In this document: positions 48,280 to 57,746 of the stretch, piece by piece
Numbering within the stretch: position 1 is the first letter of the stretch
How the letters are laid out: the number at the start of each line of letters is the position of its first letter
Virus record (IMG/VR): IMGVR_UViG_2848581113_000005
Span: 18,406-82,405 of that record
Origin: a virus
Taxonomy: Duplodnaviria > Caudoviricetes
Direction: 5' to 3' (one strand)
Length of the DNA stretch: 64,000 nucleotides
Translations under genes and position numbers: made by a program
The notes under the pieces: generated by a model
Seen by the model: only the letters and a program-made list of their open reading frames with translations
Database searches by the model: none
Told to the model about the DNA's origin: nothing

Positions 48280-49005
48280 TTATTTGACTTGGCGGCGGTA
48301 ACTCTGCCAATTGAAATTAACCACAGTGGGTGAGCCCATTCTTAAGCGGTCAATGACTCGCTCACCTAAAACGTCGGTCAGTTGGTCAATATCTAAATTC
48401 GTCAGTACGCCAACCGGTTTTTTGTTTGCCAGACGCCGATCCACCACCTGAAAGATAATCAGGTCTTCATTCAGGTTATTGCGCTGCACACCAACGTCAT
48501 CAAGCACCAATAAATCCACCGAACACAAATCATCAATCAATGCAGACTCATTGATTTTTGCGTCTTTCTGGTAGGTTTCCCGAACGCGCATCATCAAATC
48601 AGGCAGTGTGGCAATCAGAATGCTCTTTCCGTTTTGGATGATGTGATTACCAATAGCGGCGGCAAGATGATTTTTCCCTGTGCCAGGATTGCCACAAAAA
48701 ATAAATCCTCCAAATGAACGACCGAAGTTCTCAGCAAAGCATTTAGCCTTTGCCAGTGCCTTGCGCTGCTCAGGTGAAGTTGTGATGTAATTATCAAACG
48801 AGCAATTCTGGTGCAGCGGACTAATCCCAGAGCGCCCCATGATCCTATTCAATCGGTTAACACGGTTTTCTTCGACAATGCGCCTTGAATCAATCTCAGC
48901 CTGTTCACGATGCCACGCCATTAATTCTGCGGCATGAGTGAATTTGGGCTTGATGTGGTCAGGCATCATCCGGCGAAAACGGGCCAGTGTCTCTGCCATG
49001 CTCAT
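48280..49005 (-). CDS. DnaC-like helicase loader
   Basis: GNPGTGKNHLA Walker A, LLVLDDVG Walker B, LGERVIDRL. Confidence 0.92.
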   Translation of the reverse strand: MSMAETLARFRRMMPDHIKPKFTHAAELMAWHREQAEIDSRRIVEENRVNRLNRIMGRSGISPLHQNCSFDNYITTSPEQRKALAKAKCFAENFGRSFGGFIFCGNPGTGKNHLAAAIGNHIIQNGKSILIATLPDLMMRVRETYQKDAKINESALIDDLCSVDLLVLDDVGVQRNNLNEDLIIFQVVDRRLANKKPVGVLTNLDIDQLTDVLGERVIDRLRMGSPTVVNFNWQSYRRQVK

Positions 49006-49796
49006 TAGAAATTCTCCGAAATGAATTGCTCAGTACGTACTGGTTGCGTAATGCGAGAGCCAACACGGTGCTTGTAGCGGTTGGCCTGCTGGTTGTTCTG
49101 GTAATTCAGCTTCTGGCTGGCTGTGATAAACCACTTCTTCGGTCTTTCAGTCTGAAATTCAATATCCAGTCTCTGTAATTCATGCCGCAGGTTGATATTC
49201 ATGTACAGGTCTTCCCACGCTGAATAGTCTTTGTGGTTTAAGCGGATCACTTGTCCTTCAAACGCGTACTTGCTCGACATCGGATGAACACTGGCAGACG
49301 GATTTTGATTTTCATCAGCGCAAGCCGGCTCATCGGCTTGGGTGTTTATAGGGTTAAAGGAATCAGGAATCAGGTTAAAGGAATCAGCAGGGATAGTTGT
49401 ATGCTCTTCTGATTCTTGTACTGTACTTGTATGGTGCTTTTCTGGTGCTTCTTTATTATCAATAGGTTGCGTTATTTGTTCCGGTATCTCACTGACCGCT
49501 TCTTTAACGTGAGGGTTCTGATGTTTCTTCCAGTTATTAATCTGGATAAAATTATTCCCGTCTACTACATATCGGGTGATGAAATTCTTTTTATGCAGTT
49601 GCTGCAATAAATCATCGCAATCTGTATTATCATAAGGGAGAATCATTGCCTTAATTTTACGTGGTTTATCTTCTAACCGACCTTCACGATCAGCAATCGT
49701 CCATAAACCAGCGAATAATAATCTTGCCAAGGGTTCACATTCGGCCAAATCATCATTAGTGAAAAAGCCCGGTTTAATATTTCGAGACCTAGCCAT
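49005..49796 (-). CDS. Replication initiator (O-analogue) with internal iteron-like repeats (~49351-49393)
   Basis: MARSRNIKPGFF...ADREGRL; repeats GGTTAAAGGAATCAG. Confidence 0.85.
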   Translation of the reverse strand: MARSRNIKPGFFTNDDLAECEPLARLLFAGLWTIADREGRLEDKPRKIKAMILPYDNTDCDDLLQQLHKKNFITRYVVDGNNFIQINNWKKHQNPHVKEAVSEIPEQITQPIDNKEAPEKHHTSTVQESEEHTTIPADSFNLIPDSFNPINTQADEPACADENQNPSASVHPMSSKYAFEGQVIRLNHKDYSAWEDLYMNINLRHELQRLDIEFQTERPKKWFITASQKLNYQNNQQANRYKHRVGSRITQPVRTEQFISENF

Positions 49797-49805
49797 GACA
49801 GCTCC

Positions 49806-50552
49806 TTAAAACGGTATATCTGTTGTGTCTATTGGGGGCGCGGGGAGACGAGGACCAATGAATGCCGCCTGCTCTTTCAAATAGGCCTCGTACATTTGGT
49901 CTGTTTCACTCTGGATTAAATAAGCCGTTCCGTTTTGGAAGAAAAGTGAAAACGGTTTTTCTCTGTTTTTCTTGATGAGATTGTTAACAGCGAATCGTAT
50001 TAGCCTATCAGCGGCAGATAATTTACAGCCGAAAACTGCCACTCCCAGACTCTCAAAGAGTGCAGCGAGATTCAGCGATTTTAATTTTTCAGTACAAATA
50101 ACATCGTAAGCATCCGCTAATTCCTCGACAGTCACCCCGACTCTAATTAGTCCATGCTCTTCGCATAAAAATATAATTTCCTCCAGAGGGGCATTAAAAA
50201 ATTCTCTGGATTCATTAATGCGAAATTCAGATAGCATTTCATGCACAGCCGCCTCATCATAAGAAGGGTCTTCTGAATAAAAAGAAGCAGCTATTTCAAA
50301 CTTGAAAGGAACGCCAGTCGCAGATGCTAATTCCTTTGCCCTGATTTCTGGCGAAGTGGTCGTCATACCCACTTTAAATATTCCCGGCATGTATTTATTG
50401 CTGAGCACATAAACCCAGCCTTCAACGCGGAAATTTTCCGATAATTCCGCATGTGTTATTATTCCTTTATGGACTTCCATTTCTTCTAAGTGCATAATTA
50501 CCTCTGTGAAATGTTGTTTTTGAGAGGGGCTTGCATACCGTTCTCTCATCAC
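49806..50552 (-). CDS. GIY-YIG / T5orf172 (MUG113-like) protein
   Basis: GWVYVLSN..MPGIFKVGMT...RAKEL..TGVP...REFF. Confidence 0.85.
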   Translation of the reverse strand: MMRERYASPSQKQHFTEVIMHLEEMEVHKGIITHAELSENFRVEGWVYVLSNKYMPGIFKVGMTTTSPEIRAKELASATGVPFKFEIAASFYSEDPSYDEAAVHEMLSEFRINESREFFNAPLEEIIFLCEEHGLIRVGVTVEELADAYDVICTEKLKSLNLAALFESLGVAVFGCKLSAADRLIRFAVNNLIKKNREKPFSLFFQNGTAYLIQSETDQMYEAYLKEQAAFIGPRLPAPPIDTTDIPF

Positions 50553-50914
50553 TCAATCAGCAGTTCTAATTGCTTTTCGGAAGCCTCAGTTGCGTCAACA
50601 ACTGGGGTTTTTCTTTTTGGGTATCTGAGTTCATCCAGAATGGAAAGTAACTTGCTGGCCTCAACGCCTGTCAGCACAATATTGGCTTCACATCCCGGCG
50701 CCGCGACACTGCCTTCAGGTAATCCCAAGTTCACAATCATTAAACTGGCTAATTTTGCTATCCGGTTTTTGTCTCTACTCAATGAAGACGGATGAATTCC
50801 CATTTCACGTGATAAGTCATTGTTTCCATACTCCAAAACAGATTTAAGAAAATACGATTCCAGATATTGAGCACTACACGTAACGCGAGTATTGCGAGTT
50901 TTTGCAACTTCCAT
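50549..50914 (-). CDS. CII-like protein
   Basis: MGIHPSSLSRDK HTH; first gene after cro and nutR. Confidence 0.7.
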   Translation of the reverse strand: MEVAKTRNTRVTCSAQYLESYFLKSVLEYGNNDLSREMGIHPSSLSRDKNRIAKLASLMIVNLGLPEGSVAAPGCEANIVLTGVEASKLLSILDELRYPKRKTPVVDATEASEKQLELLIE

Positions 50915-51002
50915 TTGATATATTTCCTAACGTTAAATTAGTTAATGTTTGTTTAATAAAAATACAAAATCGTCAGCTATCCTGAGATAGATGAGGATTA
51001 AT

Positions 51003-51131
51003 CACGAACACGGCGTCATGGTGTCAGCCTTTACGGGTTGTCCCCGATTGCCTGAGATCAAATCTCGGCGCTATTTCGGTTTGCTAGGGTTCACCTATTG
51101 GCCTGTCGTGAGGGCAGATTGTTAAAGAGCG
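51003..51131 (-). ncRNA. nutR: boxA plus an extended conserved structured RNA
   Basis: CGCTCTTTAACAA (51131-51119) followed by a 108-nt element homologous to 52361-52483. Confidence 0.8.
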
Positions 51132-51138
51132 TGAATAA

Positions 51139-51345
51139 TTACATGAATCTTTGTGGGTACAAGATCTGCATCTCGTTAATCATCCCTTTGTAAAATTGAG
51201 ATAGTTTTTCAGCCATCTCCAGAGATGCCGCTTGATTCCCACGCTCTAATCGGCTCAAGTTACCAACATCACAATTAACAGCTTCTGCAACCTCAGCAAT
51301 TGTTAAATTGTTTTTGAGCCTAATTTTTCGCAATGGCGTTTGCAT
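51139..51345 (-). CDS. Cro-like repressor
   Basis: MQTPLRKIR...LTIAEVAEAVNCDVGNLSRLERG...EMQILYP; AAGGAG RBS. Confidence 0.88.
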   Translation of the reverse strand: MQTPLRKIRLKNNLTIAEVAEAVNCDVGNLSRLERGNQAASLEMAEKLSQFYKGMINEMQILYPQRFM

Positions 51346-51360
51346 ATTTATCTCCTTTAA

Positions 51361-51423
51361 ATGCGTTATACGCATATTATTACACAAAATGAATATGCGC
51401 AAGACGCTTTGAGTGAAACGCAA
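51361..51423. promoter_or_regulatory. OR operators of prophage B
   Basis: ATGCGTTATACGCAT, ATGCGCAAGACGCTT and TTGAGTGAAACGCAA 15-bp palindromes. Confidence 0.75.
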
Positions 51424-51443
51424 AAAATGAGTCCAATGGCAAA

Positions 51444-52118
51444 ATGAAAATCGGTTCACAAATAAGAAAGCTTCGCAAAGCGAAGGGCATGACAATCCTT
51501 GAACTAGCCAATGCTATAAATAGCGATGTGGGTAACATCTCTCGTCTTGAAAGAAACAAACAAGGCTATACAAATTCAACAATCTCGAAAATAGCCGAAG
51601 CGTTGGAGGTTAAAGTGGCTGATTTATTTACTGAGAGTAATGAAAATGAATTATTAGTTAAAACCAACCTAACCCGTAAAAAAAAATACTTCAAAATTGG
51701 GGCATTGGATGTAGAAGCCAGTGCTGGCCCTGGTATTTCAACGGGAGAATTCATAGAAACAATAGGGTCTATAGAATACACAACTGATGAAGCTAAGCTA
51801 ATTTTTGGCAATAGGCGCGAGGACATAGTAAAGGTTATCGCTGTTAAAGGGGATAGCATGAGTGGTACGATCGAATCCGGAGACCAAATATTTGTTGATG
51901 TTACAGTCAATCACTTTGATGGCGATGGCATCTATGTTTTTTCTTTCGGACGTGCATTGTATGTAAAACGACTTCAACTTCAAAAGAATAAGCTGGCTGT
52001 TTTGTCTGATAATCGAAATTATCAGACATGGTATATTGAGGAAAATGAGGAACCTCAATTATTCATACAAGGGAAAGTAATTGTTAGCCATTCCCATGTT
52101 TATCGGAAGCATGGATAA
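51444..52118 (+). CDS. CI repressor (HTH plus S24 peptidase, RecA-cleavable)
   Basis: ASAGPG cleavage site, VKGDSM Ser, YVKRL Lys. Confidence 0.93.
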   Translation: MKIGSQIRKLRKAKGMTILELANAINSDVGNISRLERNKQGYTNSTISKIAEALEVKVADLFTESNENELLVKTNLTRKKKYFKIGALDVEASAGPGISTGEFIETIGSIEYTTDEAKLIFGNRREDIVKVIAVKGDSMSGTIESGDQIFVDVTVNHFDGDGIYVFSFGRALYVKRLQLQKNKLAVLSDNRNYQTWYIEENEEPQLFIQGKVIVSHSHVYRKHG

Positions 52119-52265
52119 CCCAATCAAATTATTAATTAAAGCCTCCTATTGGGGGCTTTAATTTTGCCAATTTAATGATTTGCGTCACAAATAAAATATT
52201 CCACATAAAAATTATTCTCTTTTAATTCAAATGATTATGTATTTTTTACATCATAACTCAAAATA

Positions 52266-52294
52266 TGCGTTTGACGCATATGCTTAAAGCGCAT
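52266..52294. promoter_or_regulatory. OL operators and PL of prophage B
   Basis: ATGCGTTTGACGCAT and ATGCTTAAAGCGCAT overlapping TTGACG -35 and TATATT -10. Confidence 0.75.
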
Positions 52295-52337
52295 ATATTG
52301 TATTCATCCAAGGCACACAGCCAAAGATAATCTCCAC

Positions 52338-52483
52338 CGCTCTTTAACAACTCAAACTCCCACGACAGGCAACTGACGAGCCCTAGCACATTGAAATTGC
52401 GCCAAGAATGACTCTTAGGCAATCGGGAAATGCAGGAGCAGATCAACCCCGTAAAGGCGCACTCGTTAAGAAGCTGGGTCGTG
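52338..52483 (+). ncRNA. nutL: boxA plus an extended conserved structured RNA
   Basis: CGCTCTTTAACAA (52338-52350), then a CACGAC...GTCGTG-enclosed element homologous to nutR. Confidence 0.8.
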
Positions 52484-52806
52484 TATTAACCAAAAGGAAA
52501 ACTAATCATGGTTTAACAAAGCGGACAGACCGCAAGCGCAATGCGTTAATTCTGCGGTAGTGACGCAGACCTGAGTCACCAAGGAATGGTGAGCCTGTGT
52601 AGCGACGGGTCAAGGTTCATAATTACAAATAGCTCCGGCACTCCAAGTTGACTGCCAATCAACTACCGGTTAGAGATGAGGGATTCTCGGGAATACCCTT
52701 TTCTACGCACTCAAGGGCATGAGCGCGACCACTGCGAGAGTGTGGTTGGCTAACTGTAGGCCATTCAATGAGTGGTCTATGGTGAGTTAATTAACGGAGA
52801 AATTCC

Positions 52807-53058
52807 ATGAACGACAAAGATTATTGGCTGGAAAATATGCTGGATGGTTTTTTCGCTCAAGAACGTCAAAAAGAACGCAGTAATTTCTGGAGCAATCGCG
52901 AACCTAAACAGCGTATTACCAAACAGGAACGCGACACCATCAATGTACTCAACAGCTTTATTCCGGCAATCAATAAAGCTCCAGCAAAAGAATGTGCTTC
53001 AACCAACAATAAACCTCCCCGTCGTAGACTGGGATCGGGGAATGTGACAGCTCAATAA
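52807..53058 (+). CDS. Candidate N-like antiterminator (by position)
   Basis: First ORF of the PL operon; basic C-terminus RRRLGSGNVTAQ reminiscent of P22-type N ends; no N-terminal Arg-rich motif. Confidence 0.4.
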   Translation: MNDKDYWLENMLDGFFAQERQKERSNFWSNREPKQRITKQERDTINVLNSFIPAINKAPAKECASTNNKPPRRRLGSGNVTAQ

Positions 53059-53071
53059 GAGAGGTTATTAA

Positions 53072-53566
53072 ATGGAGTTAACGCAACGAAAACTAAAAGA
53101 CATACTTAGTTATGATCCAGAAAGTGGTCTTTTTCATTGGAGAAAGGTGGTTAGTGGGCCAGTAAAAATCGGACAAATTGCAGGAACTAAGAATAGTAAT
53201 GGTCACATAATGATATCTATTTCAAGAAAGCGTTATGTGGCACATAGATTAGCTTGGTTGTACATGACCGGTAAATGGCCTACCGGTGAAATAGATCATG
53301 TAAATGTTATTGGTTCTGATAATAGATGGAATAATTTACGACTATGTACAAGATCTGAGAATGAATGCAATAAAGGGTTGAGAAAAGACAATACATCTGG
53401 CTTTAAGGGTGTTTGCTGGAATAAAACAAATAAAAAATGGATAGTGAAGATTAAATTAAACAACAAAACTAGAAATCTAGGTGGTTTTAATGATATTGAG
53501 CTCGCCGATTTAGTCGCTAGAGAAGCCAGAGAAAAATATCATGGTTTATTTGCTAGACATAACTAA
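53072..53566 (+). CDS. HNH homing endonuclease with an AP2-like domain
   Basis: YDPESG, AHRLAW, IDHVN..DNRWNNLR, NTSGFKGV. Confidence 0.9.
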   Translation: MELTQRKLKDILSYDPESGLFHWRKVVSGPVKIGQIAGTKNSNGHIMISISRKRYVAHRLAWLYMTGKWPTGEIDHVNVIGSDNRWNNLRLCTRSENECNKGLRKDNTSGFKGVCWNKTNKKWIVKIKLNNKTRNLGGFNDIELADLVAREAREKYHGLFARHN

Positions 53567-53955
53567 TTCCGAGTGGGCTGTGGTGAGTTAATCATTACAG
53601 TGAGGTGCAATGTGAGTAGAAGTAATAAAGCGCTGGATTCGTTAAGTATCTGCGTATCACTATTAACAAATAGAGCTTTTCTGGGAAGAATAACAAAGAA
53701 AAAGGGAATTCCTGATTTTGTATGTATGATTGGTGCGCGTCGTGATATCACCCATGAAGTATTAGACACCGCGTCACAGATTATTACCAATAACAATAAA
53801 GTTGACAGACCAACAATTATTGAGGTTGGTGATATTAAATATAAATTAGAACTCATTGAGTTAAAATAATAGCGGCCTCGCAAATGCGGGGTTTTTTATT
53901 ACCTGAATTAACAAACCATATTGTTGATGTCAACGAAATGGTAATAGGAGAGATT

Positions 53956-54192
53956 ATGGAGTGGATTAAGCTTAGTGAAAAGAAGCCTCCATATGGTGAT
54001 TATTTGGTACTATTTCGAGATATATTGAATGGATACAATTATTCAGTAGTAACATTTTGCGAAGTTTCTAGATGTATTGATTGCGATGAACTTATAGACA
54101 CATGGTATGTCTCTCCGGGAGGAGGACATAAGTTATATGAATCCGAAATCATTTATTGGATGCCACTACCACAACCGCCAACAGGAGAATAA
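53956..54192 (+). CDS. DUF551-like protein
   Basis: MEWIKLSEKKP...YWMPLPQPP. Confidence 0.75.
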   Translation: MEWIKLSEKKPPYGDYLVLFRDILNGYNYSVVTFCEVSRCIDCDELIDTWYVSPGGGHKLYESEIIYWMPLPQPPTGE

Positions 54193-54194
54193 CA

Positions 54195-54887
54195 ATGGCT
54201 ATTTGTCCTGAATGCTGTGGAGATGGGAAAGAAACCTGTAATAATCCTGACCACGGATTTATCAGTGCACTATCTTTTCATGATACTGGTCGATTAGGTT
54301 GTCCGGGATGCGGACATGATGAGTTTCATAAAGTAAAAAACGGGGGTGATTGTGAAGTATGTCAAGGGAGCGGCGAAGTAACAGAAAGATTATTTCAAGC
54401 TTACTGTAAGAGATATGATTTCGATTACCACGAACACATAGAAAACGTTATTGAAATAAATAATAGCATGAAAGAATGCGGGAGAATAACAATGGCTAAA
54501 CATATTCACGCTGATTTAATGATGGAATATGCGAAATTAGCGCAGGAGACAGATAGGCCTCATGAATATTTTCAGGAACTATATTGTGATGAATGGCATG
54601 ATATGGATTCACAATATTCATTTCGTCCAAATATACATTATAGACGTAAACCCCGCACTATCAAAATCGGAAACTTCGAGGTTCCTGAGCCAGTGAGGGT
54701 ACCATTGGAACTTAATGTAGCTTATTGGTTTGTCGATTTCTCTCAGGAAGGGTTGGTAAGAGGAAGTTCATGGGATGACTGTGATTTTGAACACAATGCT
54801 CTCAACAAGGGGCTAATCCACCTCACCCGCGAATCCGCCGAACTGCACGCCAAAGCCCTTATTTCTCTGACTAAGAAAAAGGAATAA
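54195..54887 (+). CDS. Cys-rich zinc-finger ORF read in frame into a conserved phage hypothetical; probably two genes, second start 54492
   Basis: CPECCGDG...CEVCQGSG, then MAKHIHADLM...YRRKPRTI; duplicated RBS-start sequence. Confidence 0.6.
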   Translation: MAICPECCGDGKETCNNPDHGFISALSFHDTGRLGCPGCGHDEFHKVKNGGDCEVCQGSGEVTERLFQAYCKRYDFDYHEHIENVIEINNSMKECGRITMAKHIHADLMMEYAKLAQETDRPHEYFQELYCDEWHDMDSQYSFRPNIHYRRKPRTIKIGNFEVPEPVRVPLELNVAYWFVDFSQEGLVRGSSWDDCDFEHNALNKGLIHLTRESAELHAKALISLTKKKE

Positions 54888-54889
54888 CT

Positions 54890-55153
54890 ATGGGTGACGT
54901 AGGCGATGATTACAGGATGTGGAGAGAAGAATTAAAAAGACGCAAGGAAGAGCGCCGTTCAATCAACAAAGATAAATTACACCAGATTGATATTCCATAC
55001 TCCATAGGTAATAACGGAACTATTCATTTCAAAACCCCACAGGGAAAAGTGCTGTTCTACCCCTCTGTAAATAAGTACCAGTATAAACAAACAGTCAAAC
55101 TTGGCCCTTTAGAGGCAGCGGTTAATCTCGCCAAGAAACTCGGCGCTAAATAA
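54890..55153 (+). CDS. Hypothetical phage protein
   Basis: MGDVGDDYR...; AAGGA RBS. Confidence 0.65.
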   Translation: MGDVGDDYRMWREELKRRKEERRSINKDKLHQIDIPYSIGNNGTIHFKTPQGKVLFYPSVNKYQYKQTVKLGPLEAAVNLAKKLGAK

Positions 55154-55341
55154 TCCAACCCAGAAAATCATTAATCGTTTTCACTAACGAGGGATTTCTA
55201 TATGCGTAATAACATGCTCGATGGCTGCGCAATCGTACCCCAAAAACCACAGGCCATCAGGAACCGGCGCGCATGGAAGCGCCGTCTCGCACTCTTTATC
55301 ACCTTATCAATCGCATTTATTCCAGTCTAACGGAGGTCAAT

Positions 55342-55614
55342 ATGTTGCCATCAATAAATTACCAATATGTCTTGAAAGATGAGCGGATATCTAACGGGCG
55401 AATTCATATCAATTATCACGATATGGGTGACATGCAGTTCAATATCCCATTCAAAGAAGTTGCTAGCCGTTCTGACTTCGATATCAGCGATATATTTTCT
55501 TATGCCAGAGCGCATTGCGATAAAAAACGTCTTGCTGAGGAAATGCAAAAAGCTGGCTTCACTTATCGAGAGGTTATGGCTATAGCCCAGTATATGGAGA
55601 AGGAGGCAGCATGA
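55342..55614 (+). CDS. Hypothetical phage protein
   Basis: GGAGG RBS before MLPSINY; coupled to the next gene. Confidence 0.6.
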   Translation: MLPSINYQYVLKDERISNGRIHINYHDMGDMQFNIPFKEVASRSDFDISDIFSYARAHCDKKRLAEEMQKAGFTYREVMAIAQYMEKEAA

Positions 55615-55889
55615 AACCCTTCAATTGCGATCCCTGCTGGATGCAGGACGAAGCCGAAGAGCGCCGCAGGGAAGAAGCGGCGCATCAGGAGGCAATAGAA
55701 GCAGAGCTTAGGGAAGAAGCCGAAGAAATTGTCCTAACATTTATCGATAATCCTCTTTCGGAAGAGGCTGACAAAATTCTAGATCCCATCTTTAAGAATA
55801 ATTCGGCTGCATGGGACGTCTTCGTCGCGGCACTAGATACCATTGTAATAATGGATTTGAAAGAGAAATCAATGGGGAGGATAGCATGA
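55611..55889 (+). CDS. Acidic hypothetical protein upstream of RecT
   Basis: ATGA overlaps on both sides. Confidence 0.65.
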   Translation: MKPFNCDPCWMQDEAEERRREEAAHQEAIEAELREEAEEIVLTFIDNPLSEEADKILDPIFKNNSAAWDVFVAALDTIVIMDLKEKSMGRIA

Positions 55890-56818
55890 GTACAGTAGTG
55901 CAAAAAGTTTTTGAAATTATCAATCCGCTCAAAACGGACTTTGAGCAGATTTGCAGTGAGCCCAACATAGCATTTAAAAGGGAGTCCGAATTTGCTATGC
56001 AGATATTTGCTAATAACGATTATTTAGCAGGCGTAGCAATTAATAATGTTATTTCCGTTCGCAGTGCTGTGATGAATATCGCAGCGATAGGTATCAGCTT
56101 AAACCCAGCGCAAAAGCTTGCTTACTTAGTACCAAGAGATAAAAAAGTCTGTCTTGATATTAGCTATATGGGATTGATGCACATCGCCCAGCAATCAGGT
56201 GCGATTAAGTGGTGTCAGTCCAGCACTGTAAGACAGAACGACAATTTTCATCTGACCTCTATCGATACCGCTCCCAAACATGAATATAACGCTTTTGCCA
56301 CCCAACAACAGCGAGGTGAGATTGTTGGTGCTTACACGGTTGTCAAAACTGAGGATGGCGACTACCTGACTCATACCATGACCATTGCTGATATCTACGC
56401 CATTCGTGACAGGTCAAGCGCATGGCGGGCGTGGATTTCAAAACAAAAAACCTGCCCGTGGGTGACTGACGAAGAGCAGATGATATTAAAAACAGTGGTT
56501 AAGCAGGCCGCGAAATACTGGCCTCGTCGAGAACGATTGGATAAGGCCATTGATTACGTCAACACCGAAGCGGAAGAAGGTATCGATTTCAGTAGTGAAC
56601 AATCACAGCCTCGTGATATTACGCCAGCCAGCGAACAGCAGTTAAAAGATATCTCAGACCTGATGATCGAGGTGGATGGCGAGTGGAGCGATAAATTCCT
56701 TGCTTACATCAGTCAAAAGTTTAAGCGACAAATCAACCACCCTGAACAGCTTACTGTTTTTGAAGCTAATACCATCATTGATATGTTAAAAGCAAAGGCA
56801 GGGAAAAATGATAAGTAA
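55886..56818 (+). CDS. recT: RecT-family ssDNA annealing protein
   Basis: [46 protein letters not shown]. Confidence 0.9.
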   Translation: MSTVVQKVFEIINPLKTDFEQICSEPNIAFKRESEFAMQIFANNDYLAGVAINNVISVRSAVMNIAAIGISLNPAQKLAYLVPRDKKVCLDISYMGLMHIAQQSGAIKWCQSSTVRQNDNFHLTSIDTAPKHEYNAFATQQQRGEIVGAYTVVKTEDGDYLTHTMTIADIYAIRDRSSAWRAWISKQKTCPWVTDEEQMILKTVVKQAAKYWPRRERLDKAIDYVNTEAEEGIDFSSEQSQPRDITPASEQQLKDISDLMIEVDGEWSDKFLAYISQKFKRQINHPEQLTVFEANTIIDMLKAKAGKNDK

Positions 56819-57515
56819 CGACATCGTTCTAAACAGAACCGGCATTAACTTATCCGCAATAGAGCAAGGAAGTGAAGAATGGATGTCGCTTCGTCTGGGG
56901 GTTATCACTGCCTCAGATGTCTGGAAAGTGCTCACGAAAACTAAATCAGGGACATCATGGACAGATACAAAGAAAACTTACCTGAACACTTTGATCGGGG
57001 AAGTTTGTACAGGCGTATTCAAAGAGGTCAACGCAAGAACGTTAGCCTGGGGAAAAGACTACGAACTGGAAGCACGCATGACATTTGAGTTCTACAGCGG
57101 GTTAACCGTCAAGGAAGAGCCGATAATTTTCAAAGATGACAGTCTCAGGTCTGCCTGTTCGCCGGATGGTATTTGCAATGATGGTGCTGGGCTTGAGTTG
57201 AAATGCCCTAACACAACGGAAGTGTTTATTGATTTGGCTTTGAACGGCATTAACGCCATGAAAAAGGAATATATCGCTCAGGTGCAATATTCAATGTGGA
57301 TAACCGGAAAAAGTGTCTGGCACTTTGCCAACTACGACCCCCGAATGCCGGGAGGAAAAGAAATTGTTCACATGCCAATCTATCGCAATGAAGACATGAT
57401 GAAAGAATTTGATGAACAGATCCCTGAATTTATAGAAAAGATAGATGAGGGATTAAATAAGTTAGGAGTTGAGTTCGGCAATCAATGGAGGGGGAATGAC
57501 CAAAGATCCGAGTAA
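56808..57515 (+). CDS. Lambda exonuclease / YqaJ-family exonuclease
   Basis: QGSEEWMSLRLGVITAS, CSPDG, GLELKCP, QVQYSMW. Confidence 0.92.
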   Translation: MISNDIVLNRTGINLSAIEQGSEEWMSLRLGVITASDVWKVLTKTKSGTSWTDTKKTYLNTLIGEVCTGVFKEVNARTLAWGKDYELEARMTFEFYSGLTVKEEPIIFKDDSLRSACSPDGICNDGAGLELKCPNTTEVFIDLALNGINAMKKEYIAQVQYSMWITGKSVWHFANYDPRMPGGKEIVHMPIYRNEDMMKEFDEQIPEFIEKIDEGLNKLGVEFGNQWRGNDQRSE

Positions 57516-57723
57516 ATATTTTGAAGGGAAGCCCTGCCCACATGGACATACTGAACGCTATATATCAACAGGGGATTGTGTGATTTGTGCCTGCGAAAGA
57601 AATCGACTGGCAAAGGCGAAGAAGAGGTGTAACAAGGAGAAAAAGCCTCACGAAACACCACCTCCCCTTATTGATTTCCAACACCGAGTTACTGTACTCG
57701 GCAATATAAATAGAAACCTCTAA
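57496..57723 (+). CDS. Small zinc-binding hypothetical protein
   Basis: YFEGKPCPHGHTERY...CVIC. Confidence 0.6.
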   Translation: MTKDPSKYFEGKPCPHGHTERYISTGDCVICACERNRLAKAKKRCNKEKKPHETPPPLIDFQHRVTVLGNINRNL

Positions 57724-57746
57724 CCCTATCCCCAAGGTAAAACACC

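Noticed and set aside
53563-53883. Overlapping 98-aa (+) and 106-aa (-) ORFs after the HNH gene
   Set aside because: I cannot decide which, if either, is real; no recognisable motif
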